Notes under the pieces: model-generated
What the model saw: only the letters and a program-made list of their open reading frames with translations
The model's database searches: none
What the model was told of the DNA's origin: nothing
Position numbers and translations under genes: made by a program
NCBI GenBank assembly: GCA_016190935.1
Contig: JACPPP010000133.1
Coordinates: forward strand, 1 to 56,427
Source: Armatimonadota bacterium
Lineage (GTDB): Bacteria > Armatimonadota > UBA5829 > DTLH01
Direction: 5' to 3'
Length of the DNA stretch: 56,427 bases
Shown: piece after piece, positions 25,643 through 35,156 of the stretch
Layout: the number at the start of each line of letters is the position of its first letter
Position numbering within the stretch: position 1 is the first letter of the stretch

Positions 25643-28366
25643 TCAGTCAATCACTGCTCGGATAACCGCAACTGCTTCCTCAATCGCAGAGTCACTCCCA
25701 ACAATGTAGACTGGCGCCAGCGACAGTCTCGAAGGTCCGGCAGGAATCGGATTGCCCATAACGTCCAGGAATCTGACGCCTCTTCCTTCGATCCGACGCC
25801 GAGCAGCCGTTGACAGATCGACGGGCCTTTCCGACCACACAATGCCTACGCGCTTCCCACCTCGCTTGAAGATGTAGATCAACAGGCCGCTGATTGCCAT
25901 TTTCTTGTCAAAGCTTGTCCCCGGCGGCAGCATCCATGCGAGAATGTTCATTGCCACATATCCCTTCCGAGGCAGACCGTCGTAACCGAACATCATGTCA
26001 GGGAAGATGTCTCGGTTGACTCTATGGACTGAAAAGAGAGGGTGCTGCATCACGCATACAGCGCCGTTGCCGAGTGCGGCAGTGTTCAGACGGACCAGTG
26101 CTTCCGCGGCCAGTTGTTCAGCATTCTTATGATCAGCAAAGGACAACCAGCCAAGCTCGCAAGATGGACCAGGGCTGTCATCGCCGTAGACGCCGTACTC
26201 GTTCAGCCAGATCGGCTTGCGGCCGCCGCACCTATCCATCAGAGTGTTCAGTGCGTCGTAAGCTGCGTAGTCCGGCACATCACCAGTGTAGACATGCTGA
26301 TTGGTGGCATCTATGTAATGGAGTCCACCCATCTCAAATAGCTTACGATAGCGTGCGAACTGGGATTCCATGAGGTCCATCGCCGGCCCGCCAATCACGG
26401 TACAATCCGGCTTTGCCCGCTTGGCAGCCCGATAACCCGCCTGAAGCAGCTCAAAATACTGCTCCACACTCAGTGTTGCCTGTCCGTCAACTCCGAACTT
26501 GTAGAACGGCTCGTTGAGGATCTCCCAGTGTTTGACCCTGTTCCCGAAATGCCGGACAACCCGATAGACGTAGTTCTCAAAGTCCGTGATGTTCTTTGGC
26601 TCATACATCCGATAGATAGGCTCGCCCTGGCCATACCTGGCTGCGGCCTCCGGCGGCGCGGTGCTTGACCAGCGAGATGAAGGCTGTGACAGACACGCCT
26701 GCACGCGCATACCATGGCTCATCGCACGGTCGATGACCTTGTCCGCAACGCTAAAGTCGAAGCATCCTTTCTCCGGCTCAATCACATCCCACATCGTCGA
26801 CCAATCCCGCACCCACGAGATACCGGCATCCTTTGCGAGCTTCATCCTCAGGTCAGTGGGAAACGCGTGGTTGATGCCAAAGAAAGACGACTTCCCGCCG
26901 TATGTCCTTTTATACGGGAAGATAACCCCCATTGGGATAACATGTGTCTCTGCCTGATCACCCGATCCGACCGTTATCTTGGCACTATAGAACCCGGTTG
27001 CCTTGAGCCCAGTCGGAACCGTAACGTTCACGGTTCTTCCGGCCGACACCGTCTGCCTCAGGCGCTTTTGCACCACGGACCTGCCGCCGAAGTCCTGGAT
27101 AGATAGAAAAAGCGGTACATCGGCATTGTCGCGACCGGCATTTCGAAGCCTGACTCTCAGATCGACCTTCTCACCCCGATAGAAGAGGTTTGCAATCCGA
27201 TCGGTACTCAGTCCGGCTTCCACCAGCCGCCGCTGGCGATACTTGGTCGCCGATTTCCCCGGTTCCAGCTGGAGTGCATCAACCCAGAGTGTCGCGCGGT
27301 TCACTCCGGACGCCTTCAGGTCCGGCCCAACCGTCACGAAGGAAAGTTCATCCGGTAACTCAGCCGTAAACGAATACCTTCGCCATTCGCGGGTAACACG
27401 GACCTGCTTTCTGATCGCAATGTACTGCTTCACGGGTTCAAATGTGCCTTCATCAGGCACCCACGCGCTGCGTTCCAGCGCCAGGTTCACAGTGAGCCCA
27501 TCCACGTCGCTCTTGAGATATGTGGAAAACGTATACGGCTCGTCCTTATACAGTTTGAGCCAGCCGATGCTGGCAAGCTTCAAATTGGTCAACCTTACAA
27601 TACGAGGTTCAGGCCAATCAAACCATGCTGTTTGGTATGTCTCGGGAGCCAACCGGAGTTTGAAACTGCATCGTCCGTCCACTGCTGTCGATCGATCGAT
27701 AGTGCCTATCAGGCTATCAGAGCCGTCTGTTCCCCAGCCTGCGATCCCAAGCTCGAAGCTGCTGTTCGGAATCGCGTTCACGACGCCATTGGTCGGAATG
27801 GTATCCGTCACTTCTTGCACACTCACCAGCACGATCTCTACATCGTCGATCCAGACCGTGCCACCACCATCAAGGGCAAACTCGAATCGGGTATTATTGG
27901 TAGTCGACTCGCCCTTGAAGTAGTAGCTTTGCTTAGTCCAGCCTCTTCGCGCAACACAGTAGTGGTCCAGCGCGGTAGCCACCGCCGGCCGCCAGTTGTC
28001 CAAGCGGAGGATGTTCACCATGACATATTCGCCGCCCTTGCCCTTGATCCAGAAGGTCACACGATAATTCCGGCCCTTCTCGATCGGCACAACCTTATCC
28101 TGTGCCAGTACTACCCATCCCTTGTACGATTCCTTTACGGCGACCTTTATCGACCGTCCTCCGCAGCGGCCGAGGTCGCTTGAAAGCGAAACGTCGCTGC
28201 CTCCGGAGCCTACCACCCAACCTACCGGCTTTCCCGAAGCTATCACCTCAAATCCACCGTTCGACAATAGATTCTGGGCGCTCGCTAGCCGGGCGCCAAG
28301 CGCCTCGATTCCAGGACACAAGAACACTATACAGACAATGACGACCAATATCGCAACCGCTTTCAC
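25643..28366 (-). CDS. Secreted glycoside hydrolase, clan GH-A (beta/alpha)8 barrel, with two N-terminal CBM4/9/22-like modules, 907 aa
   Basis: Signal peptide. NLLSNGGFE and IPNSSFELGIAGW carbohydrate-binding-module starts. Catalytic barrel with WDVIEPEKGCFDF, acid/base HWEILNEP and a putative nucleophile in PIWLNEYG. GTG start. GH family not assignable by eye. Confidence 0.7.
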   Translation of the reverse strand: MKAVAILVVIVCIVFLCPGIEALGARLASAQNLLSNGGFEVIASGKPVGWVVGSGGSDVSLSSDLGRCGGRSIKVAVKESYKGWVVLAQDKVVPIEKGRNYRVTFWIKGKGGEYVMVNILRLDNWRPAVATALDHYCVARRGWTKQSYYFKGESTTNNTRFEFALDGGGTVWIDDVEIVLVSVQEVTDTIPTNGVVNAIPNSSFELGIAGWGTDGSDSLIGTIDRSTAVDGRCSFKLRLAPETYQTAWFDWPEPRIVRLTNLKLASIGWLKLYKDEPYTFSTYLKSDVDGLTVNLALERSAWVPDEGTFEPVKQYIAIRKQVRVTREWRRYSFTAELPDELSFVTVGPDLKASGVNRATLWVDALQLEPGKSATKYRQRRLVEAGLSTDRIANLFYRGEKVDLRVRLRNAGRDNADVPLFLSIQDFGGRSVVQKRLRQTVSAGRTVNVTVPTGLKATGFYSAKITVGSGDQAETHVIPMGVIFPYKRTYGGKSSFFGINHAFPTDLRMKLAKDAGISWVRDWSTMWDVIEPEKGCFDFSVADKVIDRAMSHGMRVQACLSQPSSRWSSTAPPEAAARYGQGEPIYRMYEPKNITDFENYVYRVVRHFGNRVKHWEILNEPFYKFGVDGQATLSVEQYFELLQAGYRAAKRAKPDCTVIGGPAMDLMESQFARYRKLFEMGGLHYIDATNQHVYTGDVPDYAAYDALNTLMDRCGGRKPIWLNEYGVYGDDSPGPSCELGWLSFADHKNAEQLAAEALVRLNTAALGNGAVCVMQHPLFSVHRVNRDIFPDMMFGYDGLPRKGYVAMNILAWMLPPGTSFDKKMAISGLLIYIFKRGGKRVGIVWSERPVDLSTAARRRIEGRGVRFLDVMGNPIPAGPSRLSLAPVYIVGSDSAIEEAVAVIRAVID

Positions 28367-28390
28367 GTGATTAATCCTGCCCTCCCTTCC

Positions 28391-30457
28391 CTACTTGTTC
28401 TTCTTGTATGTGAAGACTACAGCACTGGGCCCGACCGGCATATTGACCAAGAGACCGTTTTCCGCCAGTTCCTTACCCGAGACCTGTTTAGAGCTTGGAG
28501 CGTCAAGTTCGGTGATGACGTAGTTTGCCGCGGTATCAAGATCCCTCAGCTTGTACCGGGCCGTCTCGTATGAGCTCTCCGCACGGCGGAATACCTGCAC
28601 TACGCCCTCTCCTTCCTCGGGACGATTGAACTGCCAGGCCATCCAAACATCCTTTTCCGTGCTATAGCTCGTGAGCGGATAGTAGTCGCCCAGATAATTG
28701 GGAGCGAGATTCCGCCACTGCCTCATCCAACGCCTGAGCAAATCGAAATCAATATCGGTACGACGCATATCCCAAGCCCAAAGCACAAACGGCGCAACAT
28801 CACTGCGCAAGGTATATGTGTTACATGTACTGCCGGAAGCATGTCCTACTCCAGTCCCATAGTACGGCATCCACAACGATATGCCGTACGTGAGACACTG
28901 CATAGATACCGGGTCATAGGCCCAATCACTTCTCCATAGAGGCACCGAACGACGAAGGGTCTCCAGATCGTTTCGCCTGCCACCCGATGCACAGGAATCT
29001 ATCATAAGATTCGGATGTCTTCTGAGAAGCTCGTCCCAGAACGCAAGGTACCCACAAACATGCCTGTTCTCGGTGATCCCCTGACGATCCGGCGCATCAT
29101 TCGCTCGCCACATCGGAAGCGGATCTATATTGAAATCTTGCCTGTAGGCGTCGATACGCTCCTCCCGAAGCATGGTGTCTATATGATCAGTCACCCACTT
29201 CCGTGTTTCCGGGTTGCCCAGGTCAACAAGTTGCCAGCTCGTGGAAGGACCAAGTAGCCAATCTGGGTGGTTATCGTGTATCCAGTTTGGGAATGTGGCC
29301 CGCTCAGGCTCAAACCATACAATGGACCTCTTTATTCCCTTTGAACGAGCATAGTCGGTAACATCCCGTATCCCGCCTGGAAACCGTGTCCTATCTACCT
29401 TCCAAGTCCCAGTGTTCATCCAAGTCCCACTGTTTACATACCAGCCTGCATCTATCCACCAGTAGTCCAAAGTAAGGCCCTGCTTGGCGTACTGGTCAAT
29501 CCACCACTTTTCACCAGCCTCGGTAATTAACAGATCATTGAAGTAGTAGCCGTCAAACCCTCCAGTCATAGGCTCAAGCGGCTTTCCACCAGGCCTGGGA
29601 ACGTTGTATGCCAGCATCCATCGCCGCCAGATGTTCTGAGACCGGTAGCGGTCGCCCTGCCAGAACTGCACCACCATAAGAGGTGTCCTCGCTTCTTCTC
29701 CGGGAAGCAGCTTGAAGTGGGTCAGTTCCTGGCCCGCAGTAATGCCCAGGCCGGTCTTTTCATCTCTGGTGAATTTGGCGGACCATTGTCCCGGCCATCC
29801 GACGACTATGATTATCCCTTGGTTCCCCGATCGCAGGTTGAAATACGATAGGTCGCTGTTCGTGGGACGGCCACCCTCTGCAGCTATAGTTTTGTTCGTC
29901 TGTGGAATCAGTTTTGTCTCAAACGGCTCATAATCTCTCTGACTGCACGGGGTCCCTCTGTTGTGATATAGAACGAACTCGTTGTCTTGAGTTGAGGTAT
30001 CCTGCCGCAGCCGAATATCAAGCGCCTGTATGTTCTCAAGAATGGGTGTATCAGCCGAGCCGGCGTTCTTGAAATAAACGGTCCACTCAACGGTTGGATA
30101 GTCACTGTATTCGACGGCCACGCATCGCACGACGAGCCCGGTCTTCGGATCAGTATATGTACACGTATATTGGGCACGGTTCTTGTCCAGCTTTCTTGTG
30201 GACCGTTCGACCTTCCAGGTTTTCAACAAGTCCGTGGACGATTGGCCGCCATAGACGAAGGAGAACGGAGGCTCCACGGAGTCTACTATGGCAAGCCCCG
30301 CATTCTGCTGCGCGCCCCCAAGACTCCCCTGGAGCTTCGCAGCGGCCCAGTTCCGTGACAGAGACAGCTCATCAGCAGTCGGGGCCAGACCGAGCGCGGG
30401 CACGGCCAGGCACAGGGCGATACCCGCCACCACTGGCAAACGCGCCATCCTATGCAT
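28391..30457 (-). CDS. Secreted GH36-like (clan GH-D, alpha-galactosidase-type) glycoside hydrolase
   Basis: Signal peptide. YWWIDAGWY, VWFEPERA, the YRQDFNIDP nucleophile-type motif and the DSCASGGRRND acid/base-type motif. About 60 percent identical by eye to the C-terminal 650 aa of the neighbouring giant protein. Start moved to the third Met (30457), 7 nt after AGGAGG. Confidence 0.7.
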   Translation of the reverse strand: MHRMARLPVVAGIALCLAVPALGLAPTADELSLSRNWAAAKLQGSLGGAQQNAGLAIVDSVEPPFSFVYGGQSSTDLLKTWKVERSTRKLDKNRAQYTCTYTDPKTGLVVRCVAVEYSDYPTVEWTVYFKNAGSADTPILENIQALDIRLRQDTSTQDNEFVLYHNRGTPCSQRDYEPFETKLIPQTNKTIAAEGGRPTNSDLSYFNLRSGNQGIIIVVGWPGQWSAKFTRDEKTGLGITAGQELTHFKLLPGEEARTPLMVVQFWQGDRYRSQNIWRRWMLAYNVPRPGGKPLEPMTGGFDGYYFNDLLITEAGEKWWIDQYAKQGLTLDYWWIDAGWYVNSGTWMNTGTWKVDRTRFPGGIRDVTDYARSKGIKRSIVWFEPERATFPNWIHDNHPDWLLGPSTSWQLVDLGNPETRKWVTDHIDTMLREERIDAYRQDFNIDPLPMWRANDAPDRQGITENRHVCGYLAFWDELLRRHPNLMIDSCASGGRRNDLETLRRSVPLWRSDWAYDPVSMQCLTYGISLWMPYYGTGVGHASGSTCNTYTLRSDVAPFVLWAWDMRRTDIDFDLLRRWMRQWRNLAPNYLGDYYPLTSYSTEKDVWMAWQFNRPEEGEGVVQVFRRAESSYETARYKLRDLDTAANYVITELDAPSSKQVSGKELAENGLLVNMPVGPSAVVFTYKKNK

Positions 30458-30474
30458 TGTCATTCCTCCTGATG

Positions 30475-33400
30475 CTAGTCCAGCTTCTTGTAAGTGACCA
30501 CGGCGGCGCCGGGCTGAGAGGTGATCGTAATCGCCACCCCCTGGTCCGTCAGAACACTCCCGGTTACTGTCCCCAGCAGACCAGAGTCTATATCGCTTAC
30601 CGTATACTGCGCGGCAGGGTCCAGCCCGCGCAGTTTGAAAACAACCGTCAACTGAGTATTATCCGGTCTGCGGAATGCCTGCACCATGCCTTCACCTACC
30701 TCCGGACGGTCAAACTGCCAGGCCATCCAAACATTGCTGGCGGTGCTGTAGGAGGTCAGAGGGTAGTAGTCGCCCAAGCAGTTCGGGGCCAGCTCACGCC
30801 ACGTCGCCATCCAGCTTCGCATAAGGTCATAATCTAGATCCGGGCGGCGCATATCCCATGCCCACAGGACGGACGGGGCGGTTTCGCTGCGGAACGTATA
30901 GGGATCGCACGTGCTGACGTAGGGGTGTCCCACACCAGTCCCATAATACGGCATCCACATAGATATTCCGTAGGTCTGGCACTGCATGGCGGGCGGGCTA
31001 TAGGCATAGTCACTCCTCCAGAGAGGCACTGCTCGACGCAGGGTCTCGAGATCGTTACGTCTACCACCACTTGCACAACTGTCAATTAGCATATCCGGGT
31101 GCCGCCGAAGCAGCTCATCCCAAAATGCCAGGTATCCGGTCACGTGCTTGATCTCCGTGATCCCCTGCCGGTCCGCGGCGTCATTCCCTTGCCAAAGAGG
31201 AAGCGGGTCCCAGTTGAAGTCCTGTCGGTACCAGTCGATCCCCTCCTGGTTAAACGTGGTGTCGATAAGGTTCACGGCCCACTGCCACGCCGCCGGGTTC
31301 CCCAGATACACGAGCTGCCACAGCCCAACAGTGCCCAGCAGCCAGTCCGGATGGTTATCGTTCAGCCAGCTCGGATACGTGGCCCGCTCCGGCTCAAACC
31401 AGACCATGGTCTTCATCCCGTGTGACCTGGCGTGGTCCGTAACACCCCGCAGGCCGTCAGGGAATCTCTCCGTGTCCACCTCCCACGTGCCGGTGTTCAT
31501 CCACGATCCATGATTGACATACCACCCCGCATCCATCCACCAGCAGTCCGGGTGCAGGTCCTCTTCCACATACCGATCTATAAAAAGGTTTTCCTGCGCC
31601 TCGTTCATCAGTATCAACTCATTGCCGTTGAGATAGCAGTCCGTGCCAAATATCAACGGCGCCAGCGGCTGGCCGCCCGGTCTGGGAACGTTGTGGGCGA
31701 TCATCCACCTCCTCCAGATGTTCTGAGACCTGATCCAGTCCCCATTCCAGAACTGCAGAACCATGAGCGGTGTGCGCACCTCTTCGCCCGGATATAATCT
31801 GAAATGCGTCGTTTCCTGTCCGACAACAACGCTGAGCCCTGAACCCGCATCGCGCGTGAACTGAGCGGCCCACTGCCCCGGCCAGCCGACCACGATTATC
31901 ACTCCTGAACTTGGTGAGGTCTCTAAGTTGAAGTAGGACAAATCACTGTTAGTCGGCCTTCCTCCCTCTGCTGTGATCCGTTTTGTCGCGTTCGACCCGA
32001 GAATGGTCTCGAGCGGTTGGTAATCATTCGCAGTGCATGGACTGCCTATATTATGATGAAGCAGGAACTCATCGTTCGGGCTGCGGCCTATGCTCATATT
32101 GAGCGCCTGGATGTTCTCCAGAATAGGCGTATTCGCCGAGCCGTTGTTCTTGAAATAGATGGTCCACTCAACAGTCGGAAAATCGTTGTATTCGACGGCC
32201 ACACACCTCACCTGCATCTGAGTGATCGGGTCGTCGTAGGTAATGGTGCGTTCGGTGCGATAGTCGTCAATCGTCCTCGTGCTGAAACTCTGTTGCCAAC
32301 CGCCAAGCAGCCCGTCCGATGATTGACCCCCATAGATAAATGAGAATGGACGTCGAGTCGAATCTGCTCCAAGGTTATCCAAGATCCAGCGATGGCGTCT
32401 GGACATTTCATCGAGTGTTGCATGTATAGGCATGACATCGCCGTCACCCCTGGGTCTGACTGCCCTTACGGCGATCGTCTCGTCTTTCACAAACCCAGCC
32501 AGCCCAGTTACGGCAACATACTGATCCTGACCAGGTACTATGGTGGCAGGAATGACCAGCCCATCGAGCACCACCCGGACGCCTCTCTTTCCACTCCCGT
32601 CCTGAAGGCTGCTTCCATCATCGACATAGATATAGCTTCCATCACCGGACGCATAGGTAATCCATCCGCAGAGCCTAACCAACAGACCTGATACGTCAAG
32701 CCCCTCGGTAGCTGTGATCGCCTTGCCCGACACACCTAATGGACGGACCTCATCTCCCGCAGACCAGGTTGTTGTGCTGGTGACTCTAACCGCCCGTTCT
32801 CCGCTGGGATCGGTGGTCATCACACCGTCGAACGTGATCCTGTCTCCCAACGTGACCGATCTAACGCCGTTGTCTGGGATGACTTTGATACCCGCAGCAC
32901 GGTCCGGCTCTTCTATGTAGTAGCTATGATCGTTAAATGTTATTGAAGCAGCAGTTACGACCTTCGGCGAAGTAATGCTGATCTCCGTACCCCTGGCATG
33001 CGCTCTGAGGCTCCCTATCCTGTCCGTGGTAAACTTCGGCGCTAATTCGAACGCTCCTATATCTGGAGCCGATCCGTAATACGGGAAGCCGACGTCTGTT
33101 CCTGCGTTGACGGCCGGGGAACTCGCCTGCAGGTGATAGTCATGGGCCATTGAGTTGACGAATCTCGGTTCCATTTCAAACTCGCCAGTTCCCCAGTACG
33201 TGTTGGGGCCCCAGTTTGTCGAATTGTTGTAGTACAGATTGTGCGAATTGACGCAGCCGGTGCTGCTTCCGTGATCTATCCCGCGGTCCCACATGCCCTC
33301 GATGATATTGTTCCGGATAACCTGAGCTCCAGCGACGCCCAAGTTCGACCACGCATAGACTCCCGACCAGGAGCCGACCATAGTGTTATTGTAGATCCTC

Positions 33401-35103
33401 GTGTTCTGGCTCGAACCCGTGGTCATAACGCAGCCCGACGTTTTGGACGAGCCTTGGACGCCGACGTTGTAGATCACATTGTGGTGTATGAGGTCGTTCG
33501 AGCTGTTCGAGACGTACACGCCGCCGCACCAACCGTACCAATCGGACGCGCTGGGGTCCCCAGGCGTAAGATCGTGCACAACGCAGCGTGAGACAGTATT
33601 ATTCTGAGTGTTGTCGCCGAGGCATACTCCCCACTGGCATCCGATAACTTCGAACCCGTCGATGACCACTCCGCTCACCGTTACGAGAAACCCATACGAC
33701 TTCCTGTCCGGCTTTGGAATGCTGGTCTGATCGATCACGACCTTGCCCACGGCTTTATAGGTAATTGGAGAGGCGGCGTTGCCGGAGCAGTTCGCCAGTT
33801 GAACCCCCAAAGCATCGCTCTGAGGATAGGTTCCTGCCGCGACCACAACCGTATCGCCCGGCAAGAGGAGTCGCCGCGCATCACCATTGCTTATGGTCCT
33901 CCAAGCCACTGCGGACGTTGTCCCGTCCGATGAGTCGTCTCCGGTTGGAGATACGTAATAGGTCACACCCGGATACGGTGTCAATTCGAGATCCTGGATA
34001 GTCTGGCCTCCGGCAGTAATCGTCACAACAGCCTGTGCGGGGGTTGTATTGGGATAGCTCGCCTGAATCATCGGAGTGCCGACAGGCAGAACCAGTGAAT
34101 AACCCCCTTCGGTCCCGGTAGTGGTCGAGTTGGAACCCTCGAGCGTACGCACGGTAGCCCCAACCAGTATTGGACGGCCCGGCACATTCGCCGTGACCCT
34201 GCCTTTGACCGTTCCGATGAATGTTAGATCGAAATGTTGAGTTATAGTACCCCCGACAGGCACATTTACCGTGGCCTGTTGAGGCAGGATGTTGGAATAG
34301 ATGATCTCAACAGTATACGTCCCCGCGCGAACAGTAAGAGTGTAGCTGCCATCCGTCCCGCTCAAGGCCCAGAGAGCGGTTCCAACCACCTGAACTTTCG
34401 CACCGACTACTGCCGGATGCCCGGGCAGGTTAGCTGTAACTGTCCCTGTGATTGTGCCTGTGGACGAGCCTGGGACCAACTCGACGGTAGCCGATAGACC
34501 TGTCAAATCGCCACTAAATGTATTATCAGCTCCGTACCCGCCTGCGAAGTCAACCGTGTCATTAGCCGCGGCAAGCACATCCAGAATAAACGATGAGGAC
34601 TGGCCGGCATCCATGTTTCTCGTCCAGAGCACCAGTCCGTTCTGAAGCACCGTCCCGTCGACTTTGCCGAAGTTGAGTGCCTTGAAGCTCCCACGGATCG
34701 CACAGAGACCTTCTGCGGGGGCGGTCCACCTCACTACGCTCCTCTCATTATTCATTCCCGGATGCATAGCCATGCTCTGCGCCGGAATAGTTCCCCATTC
34801 GCTGACAGCATTTGTAGAGGCAGGGTTGTTGTAGACAGCGGGTGTCGCGTATGATGCCCACCAATACTGCACGTTTTGCCAGCCCGCTGGAAGCTGAGCG
34901 CCGATTCCGTGGCCTGCATAGTGTACCAGTTGATAACCTGCCGCCAAGTTCGGGGCATAGCCATAGCTCCATACGCCATTGGGATTGCCGGCCACCGAAA
35001 AATCCGTGGATGCATTCCAAGTCTGCCCGGCCACAGGCCCAACGGCCACAATCAGGCAGACAGCGACGACCGCTACATATAGGCGCTTACGTATAATCCA
35101 CAT
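30475..35103 (-). CDS. Giant secreted modular protein (1542 aa): signal peptide, NPNG-WSYG N-module, 2x carboxypeptidase-regulatory-like, right-handed beta-helix, YYIEEPDR module, GH36-like catalytic region
   Basis: Start at the ATG at 35103 (AAGGAG RBS) immediately before the hydrophobic signal. Approximate modules: N-module 34471-35025; CarboxypepD_reg-like pair 33979-34464; beta-helix 33043-33972 (TYYVSPTGDDSSDG ... DYHLQASSPAVNAG ... APDIGAFE); YYIEEPDR module 32431-33027; GH36-like 30478-32418 (WWMDAGWY, WFEPERA, YRQDFNWDP, DSCASGGRRND). Confidence 0.8.
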   Translation of the reverse strand: MWIIRKRLYVAVVAVCLIVAVGPVAGQTWNASTDFSVAGNPNGVWSYGYAPNLAAGYQLVHYAGHGIGAQLPAGWQNVQYWWASYATPAVYNNPASTNAVSEWGTIPAQSMAMHPGMNNERSVVRWTAPAEGLCAIRGSFKALNFGKVDGTVLQNGLVLWTRNMDAGQSSSFILDVLAAANDTVDFAGGYGADNTFSGDLTGLSATVELVPGSSTGTITGTVTANLPGHPAVVGAKVQVVGTALWALSGTDGSYTLTVRAGTYTVEIIYSNILPQQATVNVPVGGTITQHFDLTFIGTVKGRVTANVPGRPILVGATVRTLEGSNSTTTGTEGGYSLVLPVGTPMIQASYPNTTPAQAVVTITAGGQTIQDLELTPYPGVTYYVSPTGDDSSDGTTSAVAWRTISNGDARRLLLPGDTVVVAAGTYPQSDALGVQLANCSGNAASPITYKAVGKVVIDQTSIPKPDRKSYGFLVTVSGVVIDGFEVIGCQWGVCLGDNTQNNTVSRCVVHDLTPGDPSASDWYGWCGGVYVSNSSNDLIHHNVIYNVGVQGSSKTSGCVMTTGSSQNTRIYNNTMVGSWSGVYAWSNLGVAGAQVIRNNIIEGMWDRGIDHGSSTGCVNSHNLYYNNSTNWGPNTYWGTGEFEMEPRFVNSMAHDYHLQASSPAVNAGTDVGFPYYGSAPDIGAFELAPKFTTDRIGSLRAHARGTEISITSPKVVTAASITFNDHSYYIEEPDRAAGIKVIPDNGVRSVTLGDRITFDGVMTTDPSGERAVRVTSTTTWSAGDEVRPLGVSGKAITATEGLDVSGLLVRLCGWITYASGDGSYIYVDDGSSLQDGSGKRGVRVVLDGLVIPATIVPGQDQYVAVTGLAGFVKDETIAVRAVRPRGDGDVMPIHATLDEMSRRHRWILDNLGADSTRRPFSFIYGGQSSDGLLGGWQQSFSTRTIDDYRTERTITYDDPITQMQVRCVAVEYNDFPTVEWTIYFKNNGSANTPILENIQALNMSIGRSPNDEFLLHHNIGSPCTANDYQPLETILGSNATKRITAEGGRPTNSDLSYFNLETSPSSGVIIVVGWPGQWAAQFTRDAGSGLSVVVGQETTHFRLYPGEEVRTPLMVLQFWNGDWIRSQNIWRRWMIAHNVPRPGGQPLAPLIFGTDCYLNGNELILMNEAQENLFIDRYVEEDLHPDCWWMDAGWYVNHGSWMNTGTWEVDTERFPDGLRGVTDHARSHGMKTMVWFEPERATYPSWLNDNHPDWLLGTVGLWQLVYLGNPAAWQWAVNLIDTTFNQEGIDWYRQDFNWDPLPLWQGNDAADRQGITEIKHVTGYLAFWDELLRRHPDMLIDSCASGGRRNDLETLRRAVPLWRSDYAYSPPAMQCQTYGISMWMPYYGTGVGHPYVSTCDPYTFRSETAPSVLWAWDMRRPDLDYDLMRSWMATWRELAPNCLGDYYPLTSYSTASNVWMAWQFDRPEVGEGMVQAFRRPDNTQLTVVFKLRGLDPAAQYTVSDIDSGLLGTVTGSVLTDQGVAITITSQPGAAVVTYKKLD

Positions 35104-35156
35104 TCTGCTACTCCTTCTGGTCCTACTCTCGTGCTGACCCGGCTCGTCGCTACTCG

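Noticed and set aside
28391-32418. Similarity between the 688-aa GH36-like gene and the 3-prime part of the giant gene, considered as a diversity-generating-retroelement template/variable pair or a recent duplication.
   Set aside because: No reverse transcriptase is present in the window. Nucleotide identity is far from the near-identity with adenine-specific differences expected for TR/VR pairs. Differences are spread over all codon positions, which fits old paralogues.
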